Shown: positions 9,945 to 19,718 of the stretch, in pieces | Layout: each line of letters starts with the position of its first letter | Numbering within the stretch: position 1 is the first letter of the stretch | NCBI GenBank assembly: GCA_963796105.1 | Contig: CAWCKJ010000004.1 | Location: 192,001-256,000 of the forward strand | Source of the DNA: a candidate division FCPU426 bacterium | GTDB lineage: Bacteria; Oederibacteriota; Muellerivitia; Muellerivitales; Muellerivitaceae | Direction: 5' to 3' | DNA: 64,000 bases | Notes under the pieces: generated by a model | Database searches by the model: none | Seen by the model: the letters and a program-made list of their open reading frames with translations, nothing else | Told to the model about the DNA's origin: nothing | Translations under genes and position numbers: made by a program

Positions 9945-12177
9945 AAGTCACCTTCCATATTTGCTCACGCCTGTCAAAGCTCGGTACATTGCTCCAGGAA
10001 TATGTATTGATGAAGCAGTCCCCATGAATCTCAAATGTGCGGCTCACGGGGCATTTGAACCCAAAAGCCCAGGAAGTTTTCGTGAAATCCAGGAGTTGGA
10101 GATTGTATAAAGCGTTGGCCGGTAGCGTATTGAAATAGGAATAATATTCAGCCAAAGTCGGGTAATCCGACGATTGGGCAAACGCCGAGTTGTTCAAGGT
10201 ATATTCGTAACCGCTGGACTCGGCCTGTTCGTAGGCCGCCGAGAGAATCAAGCCTTCAAATAGAGGGACCTGGGGGAAGGGGCCGATGTCCGCGCAGACG
10301 ATAAGGGTATCAACGGTAAAAGGGCCTAACCCGGTCCCACCGTCGGTGGCTTGGTGTTTGTAATCACCTGATAACGCGCAGGTCTTGGGCGCCCCCTCTA
10401 GGGCCTTTGCCAGGTTCGCAGTCAATGCCCCTTCGTACCCTTCAAAATTCCTGGTATTAGTCACGGGTTGGCCGGAGTCCGCCGGAAGTACCTCATTTCC
10501 ATTGCCCGTCAAGACATAATTTGGCTGGAGTTCCTTCATTTTCAATATGTAGGACGCCTGGGGTTTCAGCCATCCTCCTTTTCCAATGTCGGCAGTGAAT
10601 CCAAGGACCGCGCCTTCCCGGTTAGGGGTCGCGTCCCCGTAAGGCAGGATGTTCTCACTCATTCGGTCATAGGGTTCGAATATCTGTTGGTTGATCCCTT
10701 GGAAGGCAAACCCAGACAGGTAATCATTAAGCCCGTCATCCAAAAGGTTGAAACCACTGCCTGCCAAATCCGGCGAAAATCGGTTGGTTTGAGCCCCCGG
10801 AGAGTAGAAATAAGGACCATTACTGAGATATTTGGCCGATAACTGGATTCCCTCGACATTAATAGAACCTTGGGTCAACACCGCCCAATCCTTGAGGGTG
10901 TCCTGGGGGTTGATGGTATCGTTCTGGTATTGGCTGGAAGCGTACTCACCGGAAGCCGAAACGCTGACTGAGTTATCAAGAGGAACATTTGCGCGGGCCG
11001 AAAGGCTGCCCACCTGGTATTGCCGGTTAGGCGGGGTAATACCTGGATAATAGTCTGCGGAATTGGAATCCGCCCAAAGCAAAAGCCCGCTCCCCTTAAA
11101 TTCTAACTGGTTCTTGAAGAGATCGATAGAAGCCTCACTGCCAGCGTAATCGTTGGCGAAAATGTATTGGGATTCCGGCGTAACAATTCCGCCCATTGCC
11201 TGGAGATGGAAGGAACTGAAAACCTCGCTGTTGGAAACCACTTGGTCGGAAGCCCCCTCAAAACCCCTCATGTGCCAGTCAGGTCCATGGTCCATATAAA
11301 CTAATTCCTCAATATCTTTTCGAGCCCTATTAAAAGAAGTCGGCTCGATCATGGTGTAGACGGGAATTTCGTTGTTCCAAAAGGTTAAGGGAGTATAGCT
11401 TCTGTAGAAATCGCCCACCGTGAGGTTCGCCACATCGTTGGTGTTATTGAGGGAAATCCACCTCAAGGTGCAGTTAGGGTTGATAGGTTCCCCGTAAATC
11501 ATTCCGACGGTGCGGGTGAGACGCAAATCCGCGTTAAACAGAACAAATGGAACCGGAATGCTTTTCAATCGTATATCCCCGAACAGGATATCGTTGTAAT
11601 CCATGGGGCCATAAACCGCGTTGGTTCCAAAACCGCGGAAAGTGTTGAAATAAGCCCTCGCGTAACCAGTCAGGTTGGTCCCGGTTTGTTTGAGGTATTC
11701 CTGCTGGAGGATCGAGAATTTTTCATTGCGGTGCCGGATGTCGTAAAACCTGTCGTCCAAACGAACCACATCCAAATCCATGACTTCCAATTCGGGCTTG
11801 AACTCATCCACCAGTTTTTGAAGGTTTCGATCCGGGAGGCCGGGGGAAGTTTTTAAATTAGAACCGCCCGAAGTTACCAACTCTTGGTCTTGAGATGTCC
11901 AGGACCGAACAGCCAAACTGGTCATCTGGGCCACTTCCAAATTGGTCATTTGGTTAACTGGTTTCACCGGTTGCGGGACCAAACCAGCATCTACTATTTC
12001 CTGAATGGCAGAATTAACCCATCCATCCCTGTCTGAGGTCGTCAGCGCCCCATGAACGGCAAGGGCTGGTAGCACAGGGCAAGACAGAAAAACAATAGTG
12101 TAAAGAAGAACTTGCTTCACACCGATCAAGTTTTTAATTTTTTCTTTTAACACTTTTATCTTTGCCCCTTGTGTCAA
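9928..12177 (-). CDS. Putative outer-membrane protein: SLH-like N-terminus, coiled coil, beta-barrel (second of three)
   Basis: WVNSAIQEIVDAGL...MTNLEVAQM; shares GDF..YTP.T.WN, GPY.YSP.AQT and PYG.ATPNREG with the 7566 protein; ends in Phe. Confidence 0.65.
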   Translation of the reverse strand: MTQGAKIKVLKEKIKNLIGVKQVLLYTIVFLSCPVLPALAVHGALTTSDRDGWVNSAIQEIVDAGLVPQPVKPVNQMTNLEVAQMTSLAVRSWTSQDQELVTSGGSNLKTSPGLPDRNLQKLVDEFKPELEVMDLDVVRLDDRFYDIRHRNEKFSILQQEYLKQTGTNLTGYARAYFNTFRGFGTNAVYGPMDYNDILFGDIRLKSIPVPFVLFNADLRLTRTVGMIYGEPINPNCTLRWISLNNTNDVANLTVGDFYRSYTPLTFWNNEIPVYTMIEPTSFNRARKDIEELVYMDHGPDWHMRGFEGASDQVVSNSEVFSSFHLQAMGGIVTPESQYIFANDYAGSEASIDLFKNQLEFKGSGLLLWADSNSADYYPGITPPNRQYQVGSLSARANVPLDNSVSVSASGEYASSQYQNDTINPQDTLKDWAVLTQGSINVEGIQLSAKYLSNGPYFYSPGAQTNRFSPDLAGSGFNLLDDGLNDYLSGFAFQGINQQIFEPYDRMSENILPYGDATPNREGAVLGFTADIGKGGWLKPQASYILKMKELQPNYVLTGNGNEVLPADSGQPVTNTRNFEGYEGALTANLAKALEGAPKTCALSGDYKHQATDGGTGLGPFTVDTLIVCADIGPFPQVPLFEGLILSAAYEQAESSGYEYTLNNSAFAQSSDYPTLAEYYSYFNTLPANALYNLQLLDFTKTSWAFGFKCPVSRTFEIHGDCFINTYSWSNVPSFDRREQIWKVTCETSF

Positions 12178-12180
12178 TTC

Positions 12181-14985
12181 CTAAAACGAGAAAATAAACA
12201 TCGAATAGACCTGGTCGGCCTGGTAGCTGTTGGCCGAAACGTAAAGATCGCGGAATGTCACATGCTTATACCGCATTTCTAATTTTCCGCCGCCCCAAGG
12301 AAAATCATAGGCCATACCGGCCCCGAGAGAATCCGTCCGGTAGTCCACTTTGGGAATGGTGTAATTAGATTTCCACTGCTCCAATCCATAGTCTGCCAGG
12401 AGGTTGACCCATTTAAAAATGCCGTACATGAAAGCCGCGTCGTAAACGGTCTGGTCGAATAGACACGGGATATGGGCCAAGGTCTGTCCCGGACGGTTGG
12501 GGTCGGCTACGTTCGCAAGGGTTGGATTGTTCGTGTCACCCGATACCTCATTGTCAGTGAAAAATAAACCCGCGTAGAAAGGGGTATTCAAGCCGAGCAT
12601 TTTATTGAGCTGCAATTTCGCGGTAACCGTGGCGTAGTTAAAGGTTTTTATATGGTCTAGGGAAGTAAAAGTCACGCCGTTATCAGGAGAAGTAACCGAC
12701 TGTGAGCCTGGAATGTAATTTAGGATCAAAGGCACACGCTCCGCGATGGGAGGACCAAAACGGATAACATCGGGATTGAAAGTATTGCCGTCGCCCCGAG
12801 AAGACTCGATATTACTTACATAGGCTGCTCCCGCAGGATGCATCCCTTGGTATCCATCCCAAACGTTACTGCCGAAAATACCAGTGCTTTCAGGATAAAA
12901 AACCGATATCAGGTTGTAGGCCTCAACGGATTTATATCCCATTTCATCGGACACGGCTTGGTACTCGGTTTTCCGGGCCACATCCATATTGATGATCAAA
13001 TCGTCCAGGAAGCTTGGCAGGGATTTGGTCCAGCTTTCCTGGCGGCCCTTCCAACCCAATGTGGCCCGCCATCCATAGCGGTCACTGATCAAGTCATCCG
13101 CCATGCCCACAAATCCAAACTGGTCGTTCATGACGGGATTATTGTTATTGGTATTGGCCGGGAAACCGAATTTCCAAAATTGGATCCCCGTCAGGAGAAC
13201 TTTACTCTGGAAGTTTGAGTACTGCTCGCTAATGGCCGTGTAATAAAGCGTGAGGGGATAAAGGCTGAGGGCTGCTTGGCCCGCCGGCGCGCTTAAAGTT
13301 TGCGCCAGTGCGATATTCCCGGAATGAAAGCTGACCGGCCCTCCATCGTTATAAACACCGGTATAAAGATGGGTATAACCGCCCTCGATATCCAAAAACG
13401 CTGGTTTCAGGTCAAATCCCAAATCCGCCGCGTAAGATTTCATATCCATGTTCCCTTGCGTCAAGGGGGCGGAAAGCCCGTTATCGTTCACCCACAACGC
13501 CGAAAGGGAAGAAAGTAAAAACCCATTGGCCCAAGGTTGGGCGTACTTAATCCCCTCCTCCCATTGGTGGGTATCACCATCCACTCTCCCGAAGAGCATG
13601 TTCATTTTCGCGTCTTTGCTCACCAAGGGAAGGCTCGTCCCGACCATGTAAAGACCGTCGAAAACCTTCGTGGTTTGGTTTTGGGTGATCCAGGAAGTGG
13701 AACTGGGCACGTATCCCAAATTGGTCATATAGTCATCCCAGGTTTTCTGGTTCTTATCCCCGGAATATCTTTTCACGTCAAAAGGATCCTCGAAACGCAG
13801 GGCATTCGCCGCGCCGCCCCTCGTGAAGTCCCCGTAGTCAGTGTCCCAAGTGTAGGATTCCACGGCAATGGTACTGCTCCAATGGCCCAACATCCCATCC
13901 AGGTTATAGTTCAAGGAAGGGGCGCTGATATACAGGGAGGCCGGGGCTGAGGTAGCGTTTGAGGACTGAAGGGTGCTTTGTAAATTAACGGTATAAGAAC
14001 CCTTCCCTCCTAAATCACTCCAAACGCCTAAAGTGAAATCATTCGCCACCGCGGTGGCGCTGACGATAGTAATTCCTGACAGATGAAAGTTCTCCGCCTT
14101 GACGTCGGCCTCATAAATGAAATGGGGGGAAGTCGAGGATTTGTTGGACTTGCGAAAAATGGAGTTGATGTCGTCCTGTGTTGATTGGAGGGTTTCCAAT
14201 TCTTTTTCCTGGTCCTGAAGGCGGTAATCCAGCAGGGCCATCCGCGTCCGAAGATAATCCGACTCCTCGTCGAGGATCTTGAGAAGCGCGTTAATTTCAG
14301 TCTCAATATCGGTGTTGGCGGGCTGAGCCGGTATCGAGGCGGAGCCCACTTGCGCGTCAACCCATTGCTGTTCCGCCTGCGTCAGCCTGGCCTTCACTCG
14401 CGTGAGGTAATCCCGAATGGAGGGATTGGGTTGTTTCTGGATGAACTGGGTCAAAGCTACCGCGCCTTCCTTTGTTTTTCCCGCCATGACCTGGCAATAA
14501 CCCAGGTAATAGTAGGCCATCGCGATATTGGGGTTTTGCTGGATGACAGCCTGGAATTTGGGAATGGCTTGCGCGTACTGCTTTTGCTGATAAAGGGAGA
14601 ACCCTTGCACAAAATCTTGGTTCTGAGCCGGTGTTGCCACCGTTACTGCCGCCGCTGGAGCCGGATTTGCGGTTAAGTCGGTAGTAGACGCGGCTTGGGG
14701 CGCCAATGCGACTTGCAACTCTTTGGAAGTTTGGTAATTAGCCTTGGCCTTTTCAGTGAAGAAACCAAGCTCCAGTTTCGTCACTACCCGGCCCTGGTCG
14801 AGAACAGCTTGGTCTTGGGGGTCCAAAAGGCCGTAGGCTTCCAACGCTTTTACCCGCTGGTAAAGGGGCTGGTCGGAGGTCACATTATCCGAAGGATTGG
14901 CCCAAAGGCTTGTCGCTAGTGTCGTTGTACATAGAAGGGATAAGAAAAAAATACCCTTAAATGATTTTTTTAATCGTCGATTCAA
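12181..14985 (-). CDS. Putative outer-membrane protein: SLH-like domain, TPR insert, coiled coil, beta-barrel (first of three)
   Basis: Signal peptide; PLYQRVKALEAYGLL...VTKLELG; TPR-like AIPKFQAVIQQNPNIAMAYYYLG; C-terminal MFIFSF; TTG start with GAGG upstream. Confidence 0.65.
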   Translation of the reverse strand: MNRRLKKSFKGIFFLSLLCTTTLATSLWANPSDNVTSDQPLYQRVKALEAYGLLDPQDQAVLDQGRVVTKLELGFFTEKAKANYQTSKELQVALAPQAASTTDLTANPAPAAAVTVATPAQNQDFVQGFSLYQQKQYAQAIPKFQAVIQQNPNIAMAYYYLGYCQVMAGKTKEGAVALTQFIQKQPNPSIRDYLTRVKARLTQAEQQWVDAQVGSASIPAQPANTDIETEINALLKILDEESDYLRTRMALLDYRLQDQEKELETLQSTQDDINSIFRKSNKSSTSPHFIYEADVKAENFHLSGITIVSATAVANDFTLGVWSDLGGKGSYTVNLQSTLQSSNATSAPASLYISAPSLNYNLDGMLGHWSSTIAVESYTWDTDYGDFTRGGAANALRFEDPFDVKRYSGDKNQKTWDDYMTNLGYVPSSTSWITQNQTTKVFDGLYMVGTSLPLVSKDAKMNMLFGRVDGDTHQWEEGIKYAQPWANGFLLSSLSALWVNDNGLSAPLTQGNMDMKSYAADLGFDLKPAFLDIEGGYTHLYTGVYNDGGPVSFHSGNIALAQTLSAPAGQAALSLYPLTLYYTAISEQYSNFQSKVLLTGIQFWKFGFPANTNNNNPVMNDQFGFVGMADDLISDRYGWRATLGWKGRQESWTKSLPSFLDDLIINMDVARKTEYQAVSDEMGYKSVEAYNLISVFYPESTGIFGSNVWDGYQGMHPAGAAYVSNIESSRGDGNTFNPDVIRFGPPIAERVPLILNYIPGSQSVTSPDNGVTFTSLDHIKTFNYATVTAKLQLNKMLGLNTPFYAGLFFTDNEVSGDTNNPTLANVADPNRPGQTLAHIPCLFDQTVYDAAFMYGIFKWVNLLADYGLEQWKSNYTIPKVDYRTDSLGAGMAYDFPWGGGKLEMRYKHVTFRDLYVSANSYQADQVYSMFIFSF

Positions 14986-15005
14986 AATAGCCTCGGGTCA
15001 AAAAG

Positions 15006-15019
15006 TTAAACCGGTTTCA
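15006..15019. promoter_or_regulatory. Palindromic operator-like site TTAAACCGGTTTCA
   Basis: One mismatch from the perfect palindrome TGAAACCGGTTTCA; 20 bp upstream of the first OMP gene; LacI/cre-like form. Confidence 0.45.
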
Positions 15020-15037
15020 AGCCCTCATTAACATTTA

Positions 15038-15808
15038 TCAAAAAAACTCGACTTCATCCACCCAGTAATCGATGTTGTAACTTCCCGCGGTGTTGCCCGC
15101 GTTATGGGTCCATTCAATACCCAAAATTTCCTTCAGGTGCTCTGTGAATTCGGGGGGCGTGATGGTGTTGCCCCATCCGGGCTGCCGGGTGAGGTTCGCG
15201 AAAGGCAATGTCACCAAGGTCCATTCCCCTTTGGAGGCAAGGTCATAACCGAAATTATTGTAACAACCGTCCAAGCAAGTTCCTCCAGCTGAAGAGGGCA
15301 TGATGGGCGCGATGGAAATGGCGAACCGTCTGGAGGGAGCCTGATCCCCCGCGGGATACTTATAATAGAACTGGATTCCTTTAAAGGGACTGGCATCGTA
15401 ATAACCGGTTGGTTTTAATTTGCCGTCCAAAAGGAAAGCGGGATAGGTATTATCCCCCTTATTCACCAGCTTGCCGAAAACATGGGCGGCCATCTTGGTG
15501 CCATTGGCTCCGCCCGCCGTCACGAAAACCTCGTTGATGGTGTTTCCGCCGTAAGTATTTGTGCTCCAGGCCCCGTTCGTGGAGCCGTAGAGTTTGGGGT
15601 TCATATGAACCGAACCATCCTCAAAATTCCCGATGATTTTTTGTTCGGGAGCCACGACCACTTTGGGCTGGGAGTTCTCGGGGTTGACCAATCCATCCGT
15701 CAGGGGCTCGTTCTTCGAACCTTCGTTCACCAGGACCGCCCCGCATCCTGCCAGTAAACCAAACACGAGGAAGCAAGGAAAGAGGATGGAATATTTCAAC
15801 TTGGTCAT
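15038..15808 (-). CDS. Lipoprotein with a CBM11/CIA30-like carbohydrate-binding domain
   Basis: Lipobox LAGC; YDASPFKGIQFY, WTLVTLPFANL.RQPGWG, YWVDEVEF; start at ATG 15808 with GGTGG upstream. Confidence 0.7.
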   Translation of the reverse strand: MTKLKYSILFPCFLVFGLLAGCGAVLVNEGSKNEPLTDGLVNPENSQPKVVVAPEQKIIGNFEDGSVHMNPKLYGSTNGAWSTNTYGGNTINEVFVTAGGANGTKMAAHVFGKLVNKGDNTYPAFLLDGKLKPTGYYDASPFKGIQFYYKYPAGDQAPSRRFAISIAPIMPSSAGGTCLDGCYNNFGYDLASKGEWTLVTLPFANLTRQPGWGNTITPPEFTEHLKEILGIEWTHNAGNTAGSYNIDYWVDEVEFF

Positions 15809-15921
15809 AGCCACCTTTTTTGAACGAATGGCCCGGATAGGCATCAGCCTGGAAAGCATCCTTAGGCGAGGCGGGCTTATTCTACTAAAAAGCGACGAGA
15901 AGCCGAAATGATTTTCTTTGT

Positions 15922-15955
15922 TGAAACTCGCTGAAATGAGTTTAATGAAGTTTCA
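15922..15955. promoter_or_regulatory. Operator-like array TGAAAC-4-TGAAAT-2-GTTTAA-4-GTTTCA in a divergent intergenic region
   Basis: Nested inverted hexamers with the same layout as 22565-22597. Confidence 0.5.
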
Positions 15956-16169
15956 AATGGATAAAGATGATTTTCATCACTAAACCGTTTTGACCTAAAG
16001 AATCGGGCTCTTGCTTCACGGTTCAAGGTAAACGAACCGGGACAAAATTTTTCCAGACTGAAAATTCAACGAAGTAAACATTGGACGCCATCCCGGGTAA
16101 AGGTAAACTAATGCCCGTTTCGCCCCTATTCGACAACTTTTTTCAAATCTCACATAAAGGAGCTGGTTT

Positions 16170-18158
16170 ATGAAAAGGATGATCAAGTTGTTCCTCCTCC
16201 TTCTTCTCTTCATGGGCCCTTCCTATTTGAGTGCTCAGACTCCGGTTGTTTCAATCAACGTTGACTCCTCCGTGACCCTCAACAGTTTCCGCCCCATCAG
16301 TATTTTCGGGAACAACACCAACGGCTGGGCCAGCCCTGTGCCGGTCAAGGACAAGATCCAAGCGGCCGGCAACTTTCTCCTTCGTTATCCCGGCGGCTCT
16401 TGGGGGGATATTTTCCATTGGAACGGAACAGGTTCCTTCAACAAGGAAGGCTGCTGGGTACCGGACAACAAGGAATACTCCCCAAGCTTTATCGAGCCAG
16501 AGGATGGCTCCACCTATTGCTCACGCAAAGCCATTGATGGGGACAAATCCACCGCTTGGCGTTCCAACCCGGATACCGACTTTCCCCAAGCCCAATGCTT
16601 GATCCTGGACCTCGGGGAGAAAAAATCCGTGGACGCGGTGACTCTGTCCTGGGGCGACGTAGCCAACAAGGACTGGCCTTACGCTAAAAAGTTCACCATC
16701 CAATATTGGGATCCCAAGGAAGGCCGGCAATGGATGCCTTATGGCGCCGAGAAGAACGCCTGGCTAGATACCACCGCATTGGACACGATTGGAAACAAAG
16801 GCGCCCAGGACGTGACCTTTGAACCGGTTACAACCCAATATTTAAGGATTTTAATGACTGAAAGCTCCGCGGGAAAAACAGGCGCTTATTCCGTGGCTGA
16901 GGTTAAGGCATTTTCCTCCGGATCGGATCTTTCTATTGCTAAAGACGGGGCCATCGCCTCCAGCACTCACCCCGCCTCTGAACGCAGTCCCCGAAAAATC
17001 TTTGGGTTCGAGGAATACATGGATTTCATGAATTCCCTCACCCCTAAAGGAATACCCCTGATCATCGTGAATTTCGGTACAGGCACTCCCCAAGAAGCCG
17101 CGTCCTGGGTCCACTACGCCAACCGCGTGAAACATTACGGCATCAAGTATTGGGAAATCGGAAATGAGATGGGTGGGCATTGGGAGGCCGGAGGGCCAGT
17201 CAACATCCAGGATTACGCCAGGCGGTATATCGAGTTTTATGAGGCCATGAAGGCTGAGGACCCCACCATCACCCTGGTGGCCCAGACCGGCGCCACAGAC
17301 TCCTCGGAACTTTATGACGGTAATTTATGTCTTCAGGATTTCGTGGATCGCCTGGCGAAAGATAAAAAAGAAAAATATCTCGAATGCTTCTCGATCCACC
17401 AATATCCCAATTGGGGACAGTCGGTACGGGATTTGCTGAATTCCCCGAAATCGGGAATGGATGACCTGGAAAAATCCATCCAAAAGCAACTCGCGGCCTA
17501 TCCTTCCCTGGCGAATGTCCCTGTTTGGATCAGTGAGTTCAACACCTCGGATCATGTCACGCCCGGGGACATTTCGGTTCACTTGGAAAATGGTCTGTGG
17601 CTAGCCCAGTATCTGGTGGAATTCATCCGTCACTTTGGAAGCCGGGGCTATGCCACCCTTTGGGACACCTTGAACGGTGGGAGCGCGATAAAGGATCCTA
17701 AAGGCGGTGACCATGGATACTTGCAGGCGGAGGAGGGCCCATACCAATACCAGGAGCGCGCCGATTACTGGACCATGAAGATGATGACCAATGATTGGTC
17801 CAAGCCGGGTGATGACCAGATCCATCAAATGGTGGACGCCCAAAGTTCCGAACCCTTTTTGGCGACTTACGCTGATTACAGGCCGGACGGCACCCTAAGC
17901 CTTTTAGTGATAAACAAGAGCCAGGACACGGCCTTTAAATCCTCGATCAACCTGAAAAATTTCAAACCCAACCCCAAAGCCAAGGGCTGGAGTTTTAATA
18001 AAACCAACTATATTTGGGAAACTGAAGTCTTGCCTTACCATGCCGACCCCGATGAACCGCCAAAATCGTTTAATCTGCATGGCGGAACCAATGGTTTTAA
18101 TTGCGATTTCCCTGCTTATTCCATTACAGTACTTCAATTCAACCCTGAGAAACCATGA
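16170..18158 (+). CDS. Secreted clan GH-A glycoside hydrolase (GH51/GH79-like) with an inserted F5/8 type C (CBM32-like) domain
   Basis: Signal peptide; LRYPGG, YWEIGNE (acid/base), VWISEFN (nucleophile); AIDGDKSTAW...LDLG...YLRI discoidin motif. Confidence 0.75.
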   Translation: MKRMIKLFLLLLLFMGPSYLSAQTPVVSINVDSSVTLNSFRPISIFGNNTNGWASPVPVKDKIQAAGNFLLRYPGGSWGDIFHWNGTGSFNKEGCWVPDNKEYSPSFIEPEDGSTYCSRKAIDGDKSTAWRSNPDTDFPQAQCLILDLGEKKSVDAVTLSWGDVANKDWPYAKKFTIQYWDPKEGRQWMPYGAEKNAWLDTTALDTIGNKGAQDVTFEPVTTQYLRILMTESSAGKTGAYSVAEVKAFSSGSDLSIAKDGAIASSTHPASERSPRKIFGFEEYMDFMNSLTPKGIPLIIVNFGTGTPQEAASWVHYANRVKHYGIKYWEIGNEMGGHWEAGGPVNIQDYARRYIEFYEAMKAEDPTITLVAQTGATDSSELYDGNLCLQDFVDRLAKDKKEKYLECFSIHQYPNWGQSVRDLLNSPKSGMDDLEKSIQKQLAAYPSLANVPVWISEFNTSDHVTPGDISVHLENGLWLAQYLVEFIRHFGSRGYATLWDTLNGGSAIKDPKGGDHGYLQAEEGPYQYQERADYWTMKMMTNDWSKPGDDQIHQMVDAQSSEPFLATYADYRPDGTLSLLVINKSQDTAFKSSINLKNFKPNPKAKGWSFNKTNYIWETEVLPYHADPDEPPKSFNLHGGTNGFNCDFPAYSITVLQFNPEKP

Positions 18159-18242
18159 ATTATGAGATGGGATAGACTTAATTAAATATGAGTAGGTGTA
18201 TAATTTATATTCTAAATGGATGAATCCGAAGGAGGAGTAAAG

Positions 18243-19649
18243 ATGAAGCAATTGACTTTGATGGTACCGGTTTTATTCTTGTTTTTACTAGGGGTTTGGA
18301 TCTCCTCCGAAGGATGCCACCAAGTGGTTTCTCCGACTTTGCCCGCGACAAAAACTTTTACTCCTACAGTTACAACTTCGCCCACCAGGACCCCCACAAT
18401 AACACAGACCAATACCCAGACACCGACCTCAACACCAACACCCACGAACAGTCCGACCCCTTGGCCGACTGGCGTGCCCACCAACACTTTCACCGACACA
18501 CCCACGCCTACGCAAACCCCGACTAATACGCTGACTCCGACGATTACCCTTACGCCTACCATCACCCTTACACCTACCATCACGAGTACCCCATCTTGCG
18601 CGGGGGTCAATTTCCAAGCCACCTATACTTTCGAATCCTCCACTGATTGTTGGTCGGTTGTGACAGCAAACGGCGGGCCGGCAAGCATCATTCTCGGTTA
18701 CGGACTTTCTACGGCGCAACACCATGGCGGAAACAGTTCTTTCGCCGTGACCATCAACAATACCACCGCATCGACCCAAAGCATTAACTTGGTTCTCAAT
18801 TACGCATCGGCCCAGAATTTCGGTGGAGCAACCATTGTTTTTAATTGCTACTTGGATACTACATTAGCAGGTTGCGGGGCCATCCAACCGGCTGATACCA
18901 ATCCCGGTTGTGGATGGGATAACGCTTGGAAAGGAGGCCCAGGCACTGGTTCCTGGTTCCCTGTCACTTTGTTGCCATCCGCGGCAGGGTGTAGCGGAGC
19001 TTCCCAGCCCGCTTCCGTCATGGGACTTTATTTGCAGTTGTACAACATTCCCGTTGGCGCTTCCGGCAATTTCTACGTGGATGACATTACCATTACAATT
19101 CCAGCCGGACCCACCCCAACTTTCACATCGACCGCCACTCCTTCAACAGCCAACTCTTTTTATTTTTTAACGAATAATCTTTCGGGTTGGTCTTCCATTC
19201 CGGGTTTTGGATCTCCCGCTACTGCAAACCCAGTGACTCTTTCAAATTTAATCTATGAAACACCGGGTTATGGGGGCACAGATGGTTGCATAGGCGTTAC
19301 TGTGCAATGGAACCAGGCGGGGCAAAGCGAAGAAATACTGTATACTTATGCGTCAAATACCAGCTGGACAAGCTTAAATCTGGTGGGCTTCCGGGCTTGG
19401 GTCAACAGCAACCCCGTTATCTCGAATAACGCGGGAGCCCTGCTTTTCGTTAATGGTAGCGGCGGCTGGACTCAAGGAACTTACACCGATTTAGGAACGG
19501 CTAATACTTGGGTTCAGTTGAACTTACCGCTTCCCAATGGTTACGATGCCACCGGGGTCCAAGTATTCGGAGTACAATTCCAATCCGGGGGTGGTTCAAC
19601 CTCCTGGAATACTAGTACCGAATTCTTGGATAACGTGGAACTTTACTAA
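18243..19649 (+). CDS. Thr/Pro-stalked lipoprotein with two CBM-like domains
   Basis: GGAGG RBS, signal ending SEGC, TPT-rich linker, YTFESSTDCW...FYVDDI module also present in the 36226 gene. Confidence 0.7.
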   Translation: MKQLTLMVPVLFLFLLGVWISSEGCHQVVSPTLPATKTFTPTVTTSPTRTPTITQTNTQTPTSTPTPTNSPTPWPTGVPTNTFTDTPTPTQTPTNTLTPTITLTPTITLTPTITSTPSCAGVNFQATYTFESSTDCWSVVTANGGPASIILGYGLSTAQHHGGNSSFAVTINNTTASTQSINLVLNYASAQNFGGATIVFNCYLDTTLAGCGAIQPADTNPGCGWDNAWKGGPGTGSWFPVTLLPSAAGCSGASQPASVMGLYLQLYNIPVGASGNFYVDDITITIPAGPTPTFTSTATPSTANSFYFLTNNLSGWSSIPGFGSPATANPVTLSNLIYETPGYGGTDGCIGVTVQWNQAGQSEEILYTYASNTSWTSLNLVGFRAWVNSNPVISNNAGALLFVNGSGGWTQGTYTDLGTANTWVQLNLPLPNGYDATGVQVFGVQFQSGGGSTSWNTSTEFLDNVELY

Positions 19650-19657
19650 GAATTTAC

Positions 19658-19693
19658 AAAAAAGCCTCGCCTTAAAAAGGCGAAGCTTTTTTT
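19658..19693. terminator. Bidirectional intrinsic terminator
   Basis: A-run, hairpin gcctcgcctt/aaggcgaagc, T-run, between convergent genes. Confidence 0.75.
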
Positions 19694-19718
19694 ATCTCCG
19701 GACACCGCTTAACGATCT

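Noticed and set aside
7566..14985. TonB-dependent receptors (SusC-like)
   Set aside because: No TonB box or plug motifs recognised; the N-termini are SLH-like and coiled-coil instead
18212..18622. Val/Gly-rich ORFs (also 26420-26824, 39536-39856, 44134-44418)
   Set aside because: Reverse-complement readings of Thr/Pro linkers
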